DNA of 64,000 nt from the NCBI GenBank assembly GCA_054600435.1, contig BAAIJX010000020.1, positions 186,001-250,000 of the forward strand, in the 5' to 3' direction. The stretch's first letter is position 1; each line of letters starts with the position of its first letter. Shown piece after piece: positions 34,957 through 46,397 of the stretch. Made by a program: the position numbers and the translations under genes. This stretch comes from Neophaeotheca triangularis (taxonomy: Eukaryota). Below the pieces are notes generated by a model that worked only from the letters and a program-made list of their open reading frames with translations, searched no databases and was not told the origin of the DNA.

Positions 34957-37900
34957 ATGGCCTACAGCGACAGTCGCCGGTCCTCAATGGCCGCGTCGGA
35001 GTCTGACCACCCACGCGGCCGCCACCGCAGCAGCGCCGGCCTCTACCGCCGCTCCTCAAACATGAGCAGCACATCCTTCGCCACCGACGTCGAAATGGCA
35101 ACGGATGAAATGTTTTCGGGCCCCATGTCCGAGAGTGTGCCCACGGCCGTTTCTTCCTTTGCGCACCGCCGATCAAGAGCGGACTCCAATGCCAGTTTCA
35201 CCTACTTCGAAGAGGGGAGGGATGAGAGTTCGGGCGAGGAAGACTCGGAAGAAGCGATTTTGCTGGATGAGGAGGATAGGATGGAGAGAGGGCAGGACGG
35301 GGAGTTGGAGTGGGAGGATGGGTTCGAGGATCGGGAGCGCGATGGGAGTTTGGAAGAGGATGAGGAGGGCGAGAGTCGTAGGGGTAGTGGCATCAGGAAG
35401 GGCTCGCACGGCTCGCACGGCTCCAGGTCCAGTCGCGGGTATTCGAGATCTAGTCGGCATTCAGGGGCGCAGAGTCCGTTGCTTAAGAGGGCGCAGTCGG
35501 GGGACAGTCAGGGTAGTGGGTTCAGGCTTGGGGGCAGGGTTAGCCAGAAGATTTATATTCTGACGGAGGATATGACTATTGTGGTTGCCGGGTTCAAGAC
35601 GAGCTTGTTTGGGTATGCGCTGTACATCTGCATATGCGTGCTCACGGCTGGGATAGGCTGGTTGCTGATGCGGTGGTTGCCGAACTGGCGGGTGAAGCTG
35701 ATAGGGAAGACTTCGCCGCTTGGAGACTGCGACTGGGTGGTCATAGAAAACCAATGGGGCGAAATGATTGTTCAGGATTTGAGTAGCCAGGAGTTCGGGC
35801 ATTCCTTGTCTGCAGTCTTTGGGCAGAGCAACGAGAAGAGCAAGTTCCGCGACTACGACGAGTATGATGACCCTGTTCTGGACGAATTGAAGATTCTGGA
35901 CTATCGATACATCCGCTTTTGCTACCATCCAGTGAAGGACAAGTTTCTTCCGGTCAACACTTGGCAGGATCCAGCGTGGACCGACATTCTTGCTGTAAGG
36001 GCCGGGATTGACAGCGATGAACAAGAGAACCGGGAGCGAATATTCGGAAAGAATGAGATTGACATCGAGCAGAAGACCACCAGCCAGCTTCTAATCGACG
36101 AGGCTTTCCACCCATTCTACGTCTTCCAAATTGCAAGTCTGATTCTATGGAGCATGGACCAATACTACTACTACGCCGGCTGCATCTTGATAATATCGCT
36201 TGTCAGCATTACGACGACCCTGATCGAGACAAAAGCAACCATGAAACGTTTACGAGAGATCTCCCGTTTCGAATGCAATGTTCGAGTACTCCGCAGTGGC
36301 TTCTGGCGCTACGTTGAATCGAGCGAGCTGGTCCCAGGCGATATTTACGAAATCACTGACCCCAACCTCGGGCAATTTCCCTGCGACAGCTTGCTGCTTT
36401 CCGGAGACTGCATTGTCAACGAGAGCATGCTTACTGGTGAATCTGTACCCGTCTCCAAGACACCAGCGACCGACGAAACGCTTGAGCTGCTCGATCTGAG
36501 TGCTTCGACCATGCATCAGGACGTAGCCAAACACATGCTCTTCAGTGGTACCAAGATCATCAGAGCAAGAAGACCGCAAGAGGACAAGAGCGATGAGGCT
36601 GCTGCTGTCGCGCTTGTCGTACGAACTGGGTTCAATACTACCAAGGGTGCCTTGGTGCGTTCAATGCTCTTCCCTAAACCATCCGGCTTCAAGTTTTACC
36701 GCGACTCCTTCCGGTACATCTCGGTCATGGCTTGCATCGCTGGTATTGGGTTTATCGCTTCCTTCATCAACTTCATTCGTTTGGGCCTGGCCCCGCATTT
36801 GATTGTTGTTAGAGCTCTGGACCTGATCACAATCGTGGTACCGCCTGCGTTGCCCGCCACACTCACCATCGGCACCAATTTTGCCTTGTCGCGGCTAAAG
36901 CAGAAGCTCATTTTCTGCATCAGCCCGCAGCGCGTCAACGTTGGTGGCAAAATTGACGTGATGTGCTTTGATAAGACAGGAACACTTACCGAAGAGGGTC
37001 TGGACGTGCTGGGAGTACGTGTCGTATCGAGACCAGCCAACCGCTTCTCTGACATCCTGAACGACTCCAACGCTTTGCTACCTGGTGGCCAGTACGACCG
37101 GGACCCGACTGTCGACTACAATGCCAACAAAGCCATCATGTACACCATGGCTACCTGCCACTCTTTGCGCGTTGTAGATGACGAGTTCATTGGGGATCCG
37201 CTAGACCTGAAGATGTTCGAGTTCACGCGATGGCAGTTCGAGGAAGGTGCTGAAAGGCCAGCAGGAGACGATGAAGACGACAATTCGCTCTCGCCTTCCG
37301 TTGCGAGACCTCCGCCGGGGATGGAGCTCGACATCGATGAGGTGCCAGACACCCCAAACAGCAAACGGCCCATCGAACTCGGGGTGATCAAACAGTACGA
37401 ATTTGCGTCCCAACTTCGTCGTGCCAGTGTCATCGTACGGCAGTTCGGCGACAAGAGTGGCGATGTCTATGTCAAGGGTGCGCCAGAGGCAATGAAGGAC
37501 ATTTGCCGGCCGGAAAGCTTCCCTCCTGACTACGACGAGTTGCTGGCATACTACACTCACCGTGGTTTCCGTGTCATTGCATGCGCGACAAAGCACATCT
37601 TCAAGCTCAACTGGCTCAAAGTGCAGAAGATGAAGCGTGAAGAAGCAGAGTCCAATCTAGACTTTGTCGGCTTCATCATCTTTGAAAACAAGTTAAAGGA
37701 GATTACAACCGATATCATCGAGGAGCTCCGTGATGCCAACATCCGCAACGTCATGTGCACCGGCGACAATATTCTCACGGCCATCAGTGTGGCACGAGAA
37801 TGTAACCTCATTGATCGAAATGCCCACTGCTTTGTACCACACTTTGTTGAAGGTGACGCTCAAACGCCACTGTCGAAGCTGTCATGGGAAAGCGTAGACA

Positions 37901-39057
37901 ACCCGGTCTACCAGCTCGACGAGAACACCCTCAAACCCCTGCCGCCGCCTGCTGAACACGACTCCAGTTTACCCTACGACGTCTCCAACCTCCGCAACTA
38001 CTCCGTAGCAGTATCGGGCGATGTTTTCCGCTGGATGGTCGACTTCGCAAGCCCCAAAGTACTTAAGGAAATGCTCGTCGTTGGCCAAGTCTACGCCCGC
38101 ATGTCACCGGACGAAAAGCACGAAATGATAGAAAAGCTACAAAGCATCGACTACTGCGCGGGCTTCTGCGGTGACGGCGCGAACGACTGCGGCGCGCTCA
38201 AAGCCGCCGACGTCGGCATTTCCCTCTCGGAAGCCGAAGCCAGCGTCGCAGCCCCCTTCACCTCGCGCGTCTTCGACATCTCCTGCGTGCCCAGCGTCAT
38301 CCGCGAAGGCCGCGCCGCTCTCGTCACTTCCTTCAGCTGTTTCAAGTACATGTCGCTCTACTCGGCCATCCAATTCACCAGCGTCTCCTTCCTCTACGCA
38401 AGCGCCTCCAATCTCGCCGACTTTCAATTTCTCTACATCGACCTGCTACTCATCCTCCCCATAGCCATCTTCATGGGCTGGACCGGCCCCGCGCCAACCC
38501 TCTCCCGCAAACGGCCCACGGCCTCCCTCGTCTCCCGCAAAGTCTTAACCCCGCTAATAGGCCAGATCCTCCTCGTCATTCTAACCCAGCTCCTGACCTG
38601 GCTCGCCGTGAAACGCCAGCCCTTCTACCAACCCCCGGTGCTGGACAAGAATCACTCCAACGCCCGCAACTCGGAAAACACAACCCTATTCCTCACGTCC
38701 TGCTACCAATACATCCTCTCCGCCATCGTGCTCTCAGTCGGCGCCCCTTTCCGCCAAAGCATGGCCCACAACCTCCCCTTCGTCACCACCATGCTCGCCG
38801 CCCTGGCCGTCAGCAGTTACATGCTCTTCGACCCCGCGCCCTGGCTGTACGACCTGATGGAGCTGACGGACATGAACAACTGGTTCAAAGTTTTCATCCT
38901 CGTCACGGCACTGGCGGGTTTTGCCGTCAGTTATCTGGCTGAAGGCTGGGTACTGCCGAGGCTGGCGAGGTGGCTTGGCTTGGCGAATGTCAAGTTCAGG
39001 GGCACGGTCAAGAAGCGCAAGGAGTACAAAGTTGTGAGTGAGGGCATGGGGATTTGA
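34957..39057 (+). CDS. YPK9: P5B-type ATPase (Ypk9 / ATP13A2 family), intronless
   Basis: LTGES, PPALP (P5B signature), DKTGTLT, KGAPE, TGDN and GDGAND motifs, with a long acidic N-terminus. Confidence 0.95.
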   Translation: MAYSDSRRSSMAASESDHPRGRHRSSAGLYRRSSNMSSTSFATDVEMATDEMFSGPMSESVPTAVSSFAHRRSRADSNASFTYFEEGRDESSGEEDSEEAILLDEEDRMERGQDGELEWEDGFEDRERDGSLEEDEEGESRRGSGIRKGSHGSHGSRSSRGYSRSSRHSGAQSPLLKRAQSGDSQGSGFRLGGRVSQKIYILTEDMTIVVAGFKTSLFGYALYICICVLTAGIGWLLMRWLPNWRVKLIGKTSPLGDCDWVVIENQWGEMIVQDLSSQEFGHSLSAVFGQSNEKSKFRDYDEYDDPVLDELKILDYRYIRFCYHPVKDKFLPVNTWQDPAWTDILAVRAGIDSDEQENRERIFGKNEIDIEQKTTSQLLIDEAFHPFYVFQIASLILWSMDQYYYYAGCILIISLVSITTTLIETKATMKRLREISRFECNVRVLRSGFWRYVESSELVPGDIYEITDPNLGQFPCDSLLLSGDCIVNESMLTGESVPVSKTPATDETLELLDLSASTMHQDVAKHMLFSGTKIIRARRPQEDKSDEAAAVALVVRTGFNTTKGALVRSMLFPKPSGFKFYRDSFRYISVMACIAGIGFIASFINFIRLGLAPHLIVVRALDLITIVVPPALPATLTIGTNFALSRLKQKLIFCISPQRVNVGGKIDVMCFDKTGTLTEEGLDVLGVRVVSRPANRFSDILNDSNALLPGGQYDRDPTVDYNANKAIMYTMATCHSLRVVDDEFIGDPLDLKMFEFTRWQFEEGAERPAGDDEDDNSLSPSVARPPPGMELDIDEVPDTPNSKRPIELGVIKQYEFASQLRRASVIVRQFGDKSGDVYVKGAPEAMKDICRPESFPPDYDELLAYYTHRGFRVIACATKHIFKLNWLKVQKMKREEAESNLDFVGFIIFENKLKEITTDIIEELRDANIRNVMCTGDNILTAISVARECNLIDRNAHCFVPHFVEGDAQTPLSKLSWESVDNPVYQLDENTLKPLPPPAEHDSSLPYDVSNLRNYSVAVSGDVFRWMVDFASPKVLKEMLVVGQVYARMSPDEKHEMIEKLQSIDYCAGFCGDGANDCGALKAADVGISLSEAEASVAAPFTSRVFDISCVPSVIREGRAALVTSFSCFKYMSLYSAIQFTSVSFLYASASNLADFQFLYIDLLLILPIAIFMGWTGPAPTLSRKRPTASLVSRKVLTPLIGQILLVILTQLLTWLAVKRQPFYQPPVLDKNHSNARNSENTTLFLTSCYQYILSAIVLSVGAPFRQSMAHNLPFVTTMLAALAVSSYMLFDPAPWLYDLMELTDMNNWFKVFILVTALAGFAVSYLAEGWVLPRLARWLGLANVKFRGTVKKRKEYKVVSEGMGI

Positions 39058-39241
39058 TATGGGGGTTGGGTTCCGAGGTACACCGTTTTCTTCATTTACT
39101 GGCGTAGGTGGGCGTTCTTCTCGGCGCGGTTCGTGTGGGGCGGTTTGTACTGTTTTGTCTTGAATTGTAAATTGTTTCATATAGATTTGGCTGGAAAATT
39201 GTAACACTTTTGAGTTTCTTGACATCTTCCCAATTTATTTT

Positions 39242-39767
39242 TAATGTTTTGCCCCGACTTGAGTGGTGACTTTTCTCGTCCCGAAGGAGCGGAGTAGTCC
39301 CACGCACAGTAATATACATGCGCTCCTTCTGCCCAAGACAACAGAGCTCTTGCGACTTTGTTGTAGATTACGAAGGGGGTGTTTTTTTTTTGGAGCCCTA
39401 CCTAGATATGTCTTATGGAATCCGCAAAGAGCAAGGTCGCGGAGACTCGGTAGGTGTATAGTAACTCTGGCAAATGGCGTGAATCTTTTCTTGAGGTTTC
39501 GATTCGTCTTTGGTCGGTTCAGTCCGTAACGCATAGAGTGAGAGTGTGTTTGGAAGTAGACCGGAGGGCATGGTGAGTCAGTGGGAGGAGGGTTAGTGGG
39601 CGGGCGTTGTTTGGAGCTGTATTTTTCTTCTTCTTCTTTTTTTTTTGTTTTTTTTGTTTGTTTTTGGGTTTTGGCTGTAGTTGGGTGGGAGATTGCTGGA
39701 GGGAGTCGAGGGAAGTTGGCCAGCATAAGGGTTTCCGTTTCATGGTCGCAGGGTGTGTACTACATAC
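39242..39767 (-). ncRNA. Candidate structured non-coding RNA downstream of an intron-like leader
   Basis: Minus-strand stems GAAGGAGCG/CGCUCCUUC (39329-39321/39291-39283), GCUCUG/CGGGGC, CCUACC/GGUAGG and CCGCGA/UUGCGG. Ends ACAUUA at 39247-39242. Donor GTATGT at 39767 and branch ACTAAC at 39597-39592. Confidence 0.35.
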
Positions 39768-39943
39768 TCGGTGCCATGTAAGGAGTGAGAGACGAAGGGG
39801 CGGATGGTACTACGCAGGAGCACATGTGTGTAAGCTCAGGAAGCCCCTCTTCCCTTATCCACGGCTGCCTTGCCAACTCGTGCTCTCGTGCTCTCGTTAG
39901 ATACGAGCACTCACAGACTTTTGGCTTGGGCTTGCACATTGTT

Positions 39944-39981
39944 TCGTATCGTATCGTATCGTATTGTATCGTATTGTATCG
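39944..39981. repeat. Pentanucleotide microsatellite (TYGTA)n
   Basis: tcgtatcgtatcgtatcgtattgtatcgtattgtatcg read directly. Confidence 0.85.
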
Positions 39982-42172
39982 TCCGTCATGTATCTGAAGG
40001 GTACGTAATTGGCATGGCCTCTTAACAAGACAAAACTCCGTCGAACAGGTTAGTGGTAATCTGTCACCCACTCGCAGAAGCCGGCGGCGCTTGTACTAGT
40101 ACCACCACGGATCGATGAAACCGGCGAGCTAGATTTTCATGCTCGCGGCTGGCCGCCGTGTGTTTACATGAGGTCCTAGCAGCTGACTAGGTATCTACTC
40201 TTGGCTGTGGGAAATTGGTGCGTCTCGATGGGCGGGAGAAAGAGCGGAAGAGCGCTGAGCTAAGCTAAGCGTGTAGACAGCGCTGCGGTATAAGCTGCGA
40301 ATATACCTGGGATAGGTGACTCAATAACTCGATGGAAAACTCACCGGGCTCCTCACGGTACCCACGGCGCTTGACGGCTATTCTCCGCCGCCCACACTCG
40401 TTGAATCTTCACCTACTGACTAGATCGCCATCTGTCGTGGTGCTGCAGCCTGCATGCTGGGCCCCTGGGAGCGACGAACGTGCCGAACGCCACCGACGCC
40501 CGACGCAGAGCGAGCGAGGAAGAATGATAGCGAGGGCAACGTGCACAAGTATGTACCCGACAAGCTAGTCGGTCGTTCCCGATGGATGTTGGGCGCGGGC
40601 GACTCGTGCTTTTGTGTGAAAAAGTCTAGGTCTCTTGGGATTCGGGTGGTTGGAGGGAGGAGGGAAGGAAGCAAGGGGGAAAAGGGTCCGTGTGGTCTTT
40701 GCTTCTGGGGGTGTTTGGGAATTGGAGGATGGGTTGTTTCGGGTTCGGTGTGGCTGGGCGGAGGGCTCGAGCCTCAGGGGTTGGTGGGATAATTTTCAAT
40801 GTATTGGGTCTTGCGTTCGCGATTTTTTTTGCGCTGACTGAGGGTTGAGAGCGGTGTGATATTGGTTCGTATAGAGTGAGGGATTGGAGTGCTCATTGTC
40901 TGTCTCGATGTCGGTCGGGAAGGAGGGTGTGTTGGTGTTGGTGCCTAAACCCTGGCCCAACGGCTGTAGTGTAGAACGGAGACAAACGGCCGCGAAACGG
41001 GTGTCGGCCTCTCGCTCATGCGTCGCACACGTTGATGTCTGCCGGCTTTTGGTTTTCAAAATTCGAAAGGGTTGAGCGCACCATTGGAAGTCTGGCCGCC
41101 GCCCACGATGAGAAGGACACGACATGAGTAGTACCGTAGTCTGTTAGTAGCTCGCAGTCTCACCAAATCACGCTGATCGGGAGCGAGATGGCGGGCTTGG
41201 TATTGGCAACAATTCGGCCGAAAGCAATAGCGTTCATGGTGGAAATGATTCCTCGCGCGGTCGAGACTACCGTGGAGACTCCAAGAGGTCGGGGTATCGA
41301 TACCCGCGGATGAGAGATGAGCGTGCGGTGTAGTACCTGCGTGTGCGGTGAGTTTAAACTTTCTGCCCGTCGGCGCATGGACGCAACACGACGGCTCTGC
41401 GACAAGGTCAGGGGCACGGCAAGTTTTCCCCGAAACGCGAGTATGGGATCCAACTTCTGCGTCTTATGGTGATGAGACACTATTGCTTTCTTTCGGCCGG
41501 GTTTCGAACGTCGGGCGCCGAACGAACGCAACGTGGCGAATAATGCATAGAACTTTGTTCGCCACGAGTTGTTACGGAGGGTTCTGTTGGCAGCTTGACA
41601 GCTGTGGCGGCAAGGGTGGTGATGTTCTTTTTCCGGGAAGTTACGCGTGAAGAGTAGCAGTAGAAGAGAAGGTCATGGCTATGGTCCATGACAAGAGTTC
41701 AAGTGTTTTGCCCAGTGTGTGTGAAAAGCGTATTATTTCGCATCGGCTTTGGCGAGTGCCAGGAAAAGCGCAGACATGGGTGCTCGCTTCGATTTGCCCA
41801 AACTTCAGTATGGTTGTTGGTTGGAGGCAATACATTAATATTGTAATGATAGTCTAGCACTACCGGGGTGTGTGGTGTTGAAGTTTGTCCACGTTGGGCT
41901 GGATGAAGCGGACCGTGAACTCTCCTGCCTTACAACCTCAAGGTTGCGGGAATTGCGGCTGATGAAGATGGTGATGAAAAAGCCGTTACATGTCGTTGGA
42001 ATAGAGTTTGCACCAGGAAATGTGCGCGTGAAAGTCCCGTCGTTGTTTCGAGTGGGTTGGTAGGGTAGGGAGGTACTGTACCTTAGGAGGTACTAGGTAG
42101 GGTTGGGTTGGGTTGGCGAGTCGCGGGAAATTGAAACGCGGCGCTGTTGCCGCACTGAGCAATGATACTAAT

Positions 42173-42213
42173 AGACTGATACTAGTAGACTGATAGACTG
42201 ATAGACTGATACT
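42173..42213. repeat. 8-bp tandem repeat (AGACTGAT)x4, one spacer
   Basis: agactgat-actagt-agactgat-agactgat-agactgat read directly. Confidence 0.8.
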
Positions 42214-43517
42214 TACGGTAACTTACCTGAAGTAGTCGTTGTCCATGAATCGAAGGAAGGAGGTAGGTATGGAAGAAGCTAGTAGTACTCCTATGTAGGT
42301 ACCACTGACACATAAAGCTGGCTGGTGATGTGAGGTGATGTGCATCATGTGACGGTGATCACTACTGATCAGGTGGAGAGACGATCAACTCAAAATGTCG
42401 TGATAAATGGGTACTGCTATGTAGACGTTTGAGAGACATCCATGCATGACTTCCATGACTTCTTCCATGACAACCTTGCACGATTATTGCTCGCTCGGAC
42501 GGGCGGATGTCGATCATCAAAATTATTATTACCAGACAGGAACACGACTTTTCAATCGATGTCTGTCTGCAAGTCCCAGGGATATATACCTAGCCAACAA
42601 CGGCTTCGATGCCTTGTGAAGTTGTTAGGGCCACAAGACATGGCCATGAAATTACTAGTACTTATTACAGTATGCAAGAGGAGCTGGAAGGGGACAGGCT
42701 GACAGCGCCAAAGCCACGTTGTAGTCTGCACTCCAAGGCTCCTCTTTCAGCAGGCCTAGCATGCTACTGCATTCGGAGAGGGGGGACCATATTAATCTCC
42801 CTCTCCCTCTCCCTCTCCCACTCCCTTGTTCAATCTTGACTCGCTCGCATGGGCGAGTCCCGTATTCGAAAAATGGTTCACGTGAGCGAGCCGCTGGACC
42901 TTGTAAAGTTGTAGGTTCCTGACGAGAAAGAGTGGAGTGGCGCTTCAGTTTGGCGGATAACATCGAGGCCAAGGCTAGTAGTGGAGAGACTCGAGAGGTG
43001 GTAGAGGTAGTAGTAGTACTAACTACTGCGAGAGAGCGAGTCGTGTCCAGTAGTGGTATCAAACTACCTTACCTATCAACCATCGAGAGTCAGGTTTGGG
43101 CGCTACCGTGACTTTATTTTTGGTAGCGCGCTTGAGAAGGGTGAAGGGGAAGGGAAGGGAAGGGGAGAAAAAAAGAGGCGGGTCCGTCAAGTTAGCCGGC
43201 TGCTGCCGCCGGCGAAAAAAGGATCAAGGCAAGGCGCAAGGTACAGCTGATACTACATTAGTATTAGTATTATTATTATTACAGGTGCAGGTACAGTACT
43301 AAGTAGGTACCAAGTACCAAACCAAGTACCACCTTAGCCTACTAGCCAGAGTCCTGAAACACGGCCGCACCTTTCTGCGACACGCACTTACACTCTACTA
43401 CTTCACTGCCTTGCCCTCCCACTTCGACCCCCCGACCTGCTGCCCGGCCTTCTTACTCTGTTCCTGACTAGAACAGCAGATCATACAACACTAGCTATCC
43501 TACCACTGGCCATCCGA

Positions 43518-43562
43518 CCACCACCACCACCACCACCACCACCACCACATCATCATCATCAT
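43518..43562. repeat. (CAC)n(CAT)n microsatellite in the STE12 5' leader
   Basis: About 10 CAC units followed by CAT units. Confidence 0.85.
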
Positions 43563-43888
43563 ACTGCCACCCCTCATCCTCCTCATCCTCGTCCTTCTCC
43601 TCCGACGACTCTCTTCCTCTATCTCTTACACACACGACACCGACACCGACACCCACTCTCCTCTCCCTCGAGCCCGGCCGGCACGGGATCTCGCATTATT
43701 GCTTTCGCCATACTATACCACACACATACACTCGCTACACTCGCTTCTAATCCTCCATAGCTGGGTCTACCCACCTGGCTATCAATCTGATCGTCCTCTC
43801 CTCGCGCGCGACGAAGAAGCTGTGACCGTCGGTCTGCTGGGCAGCCCGTCCCTTCTTCCCTCGCCTCGACGCCTCGAAACACTCGACA

Positions 43889-43972
43889 ATGTATTCCAAA
43901 CAGAACCATTCCGCCATGCCCCCCCCGCAACAGCAGCGCTCAGTCGGTACGCGACCTCACTATCGCTCTACC

Positions 43973-44008
<36 letters not shown>

Positions 44009-46397
44009 ACACACCTCGAGCACCCACTGACACAGCTTGCCCAGCTCCAGAGACCTTTCTTCTCGACCAAGATGCGCAGGCGCAATTGCCCGCAGACTCT
44101 GTCGTCGCGCTACAGCAGGTCGATAATCGTGGGTTGTTCTACTGCGCGCTGTCGCGATCACACCCGCCAGTACTAACTCCTCTCAGTCAAATACTTTCTC
44201 ATCTCTGCGCCCGTAGACTGGAGTCAAGACCAGTACATCAGACGATTCCTTCTACCCACTGGCGAATATGTTTCTTGCGTACTATGGTATGACTCCACCC
44301 TCGACGGCTGCTCGGGCGCTCGCTCGCTTTCCGTACTGACATCAAACAAGGAACAATCTTTTCCACATCTCCGGCACAGATATCGTGCGATGCCTTTCAT
44401 TCCGCTTTCAAGCCTTTGGCCGACCCGTCAAGAACAGCAAAAAGTTCGAGGAGGGCATCTTCTCCGACCTGCGCAACCTCAAATCCGGCACCGACGCTTC
44501 GCTCGAAGAGCCCAAGAGCCCTTTTCTCGACTTTCTCTACAAGAACAACTGCATAAGAACACAAAAGAAGCAAAAGGTTTTCTACTGGTATAGCGTCCCA
44601 CATGACCGCCTTTTCCTCGATGCCCTTGAGCGCGACCTGAAGCGCGAGAAGATGGGCCAGGAAGCGACAACTGTGGCTGTCAACGAGCCGGCCCTCTCCT
44701 TTGAGTTCGATTCCTCGCAGTCGCTCTTCGAGCAGCTCACCAAGGCTCAACAACACAACTCGTCCACTTTCAACAACTCGCAACAGCCGCCTTCAATACC
44801 GCCGTCCCAGTCTACCTCACCCATGCTACGCGCGCAGGACTCGATGCCTCCTCCACCGATGATCCCTCAACATCAAATGCAGCCGCCGCCACCGATGCAT
44901 CACCAACAGATGCCCGTATCCACAATGCCACAGCACAGTATGCCACCTGCAATGCATGACGAGCAGATGACTCAGATGCCAACCTACCACCAACAGATGG
45001 GCATGCCGCCTATGCCGTCGCAAATCCAGAAAACGCGCGAGCAGAGCATGGGTCCCGTGTTTGATCGCAATGGCATGCCGGTATCCCAAGCCGGTCAGCG
45101 CCATAGCTCAATGCCCGCCTACATGGAGTACTCACCGGCACCGTCTTTCGCCTCTTCCCACTACGAGGACTACAGCACCCGTGGCTTCTCATTCGAACCA
45201 ATGACACCACCTCAGAACCTCCACGGCATGAGCGCAGAACCTGCCTACATTGCAAACGAAGATACTGGTCTCTACACCGCACTGCCTGATGGTGGCATGC
45301 AGCAAGGCTTCAACCCGCTCATGTCTGTCCCACCGAACCTCGCTGGCGCGCAGTACCCTTCGATGGCGCGCAACTACCCAAACCAACACATGTACTCAGT
45401 CTTGGAAGGCTCGCCAACCTACAAGCAACGGCGACGACGTTCTTCTCTCACAAACGGCGGAATGGCGTCTGCCGTGACTAGCAGCGGCGGTGTCCAGGCT
45501 TATGCTGCTCACCGACCGAGCGATCTCCGTCGTTCCGTCTCGAGCTCAGTCGTCCCCCAGCCCATTCCCGAAGGACAAGAAGTGCAATACCACGATTCGC
45601 CAGCCAGCCTCCACACGAACCAGCAAAGTCAACCGATGATGGGCGAGCAACACAAGGACCTGCTCGACCTCTCCAGACACAGCACCCCTCTCGGAGGATT
45701 CGAGGACATGCAAGTCCCCCAACCACAGCGTCAGCCCCAACACATGGGCATCGCGGTCCACACCGAAGACTACACCAACAACTCCAGCCCCTCAAACCCC
45801 GATTACCGAAATCACCAGAACCCCCACAACACTCCGCTCCAACATCCTTCCGTCCACCGCACAGCCAACGGCGTCTTTCGTCGCGCGCGCTCCGCCACGG
45901 CCTCGGAAATGGCGCCTTACCCACAAAAGTCGCACTCTTGCCCGATTCCAATGTGCGGCCGACTGTTCAAAAGATTAGAACACCTCAAACGCCACGTGCG
46001 CACCCACACCCAAGAGCGCCCCTACATCTGCACGCTATGCAACAAGGCCTTCAGTCGCTCCGACAATCTAGCCCAACACCGCCGCACTCACGAGACTAGT
46101 ACAGACGGTACGGCGCCGAGCGAAGAGGAGATGGAAGAAGAAGCCGAGGCGCTGGCGGAGGAAAACGGCGCTTACGACCACGAAGACGCCAGCGCAGGCG
46201 CACCACTGCCTCAGTCCGGAAACATGTACCAGCCCCAGCCGCCCATGAACCTGCACATGGCCACGGGCGTGGAGAACGTGTCTTCCAATGGTGGCCTTCC
46301 CACGCACGTGGACATGCGCGCTCTAAGCCACGAAGCCATGGGCCCGCCGCCGCCGATGCCGCAGGGGTATATGGTGAGCGCCGGGAATTACCATTAA
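43889..46397 (+). CDS. STE12: Ste12/SteA transcription factor (STE homeodomain plus two C2H2 fingers); introns 43947-44044, 44129-44186 and 44287-44350
   Basis: Spliced N-terminus ...APETFLLDQDAQAQLPADSVVALQQVDNLKYFLISAPVDW...RRFLLPTGEYVSCVLWNNLFHISGTDIVRCL...FEEGIFSDLRNLK. C-terminal CPIPMCGRLFKRLEHLKRHVRTH and CTLCNKAFSRSDNLAQHRRTH. A (CT)n(CA)n repeat sits in intron 1. Confidence 0.96.

Noticed and set aside
39589..40951. Telomerase template-like words (CTAACCCT at ~39589-39596 minus; CCTAAACCCT at ~40944-40953 plus)
   Set aside because: They are short enough to be chance. The first coincides with a branch-point motif, and no pseudoknot or CR4/5 domain could be identified.
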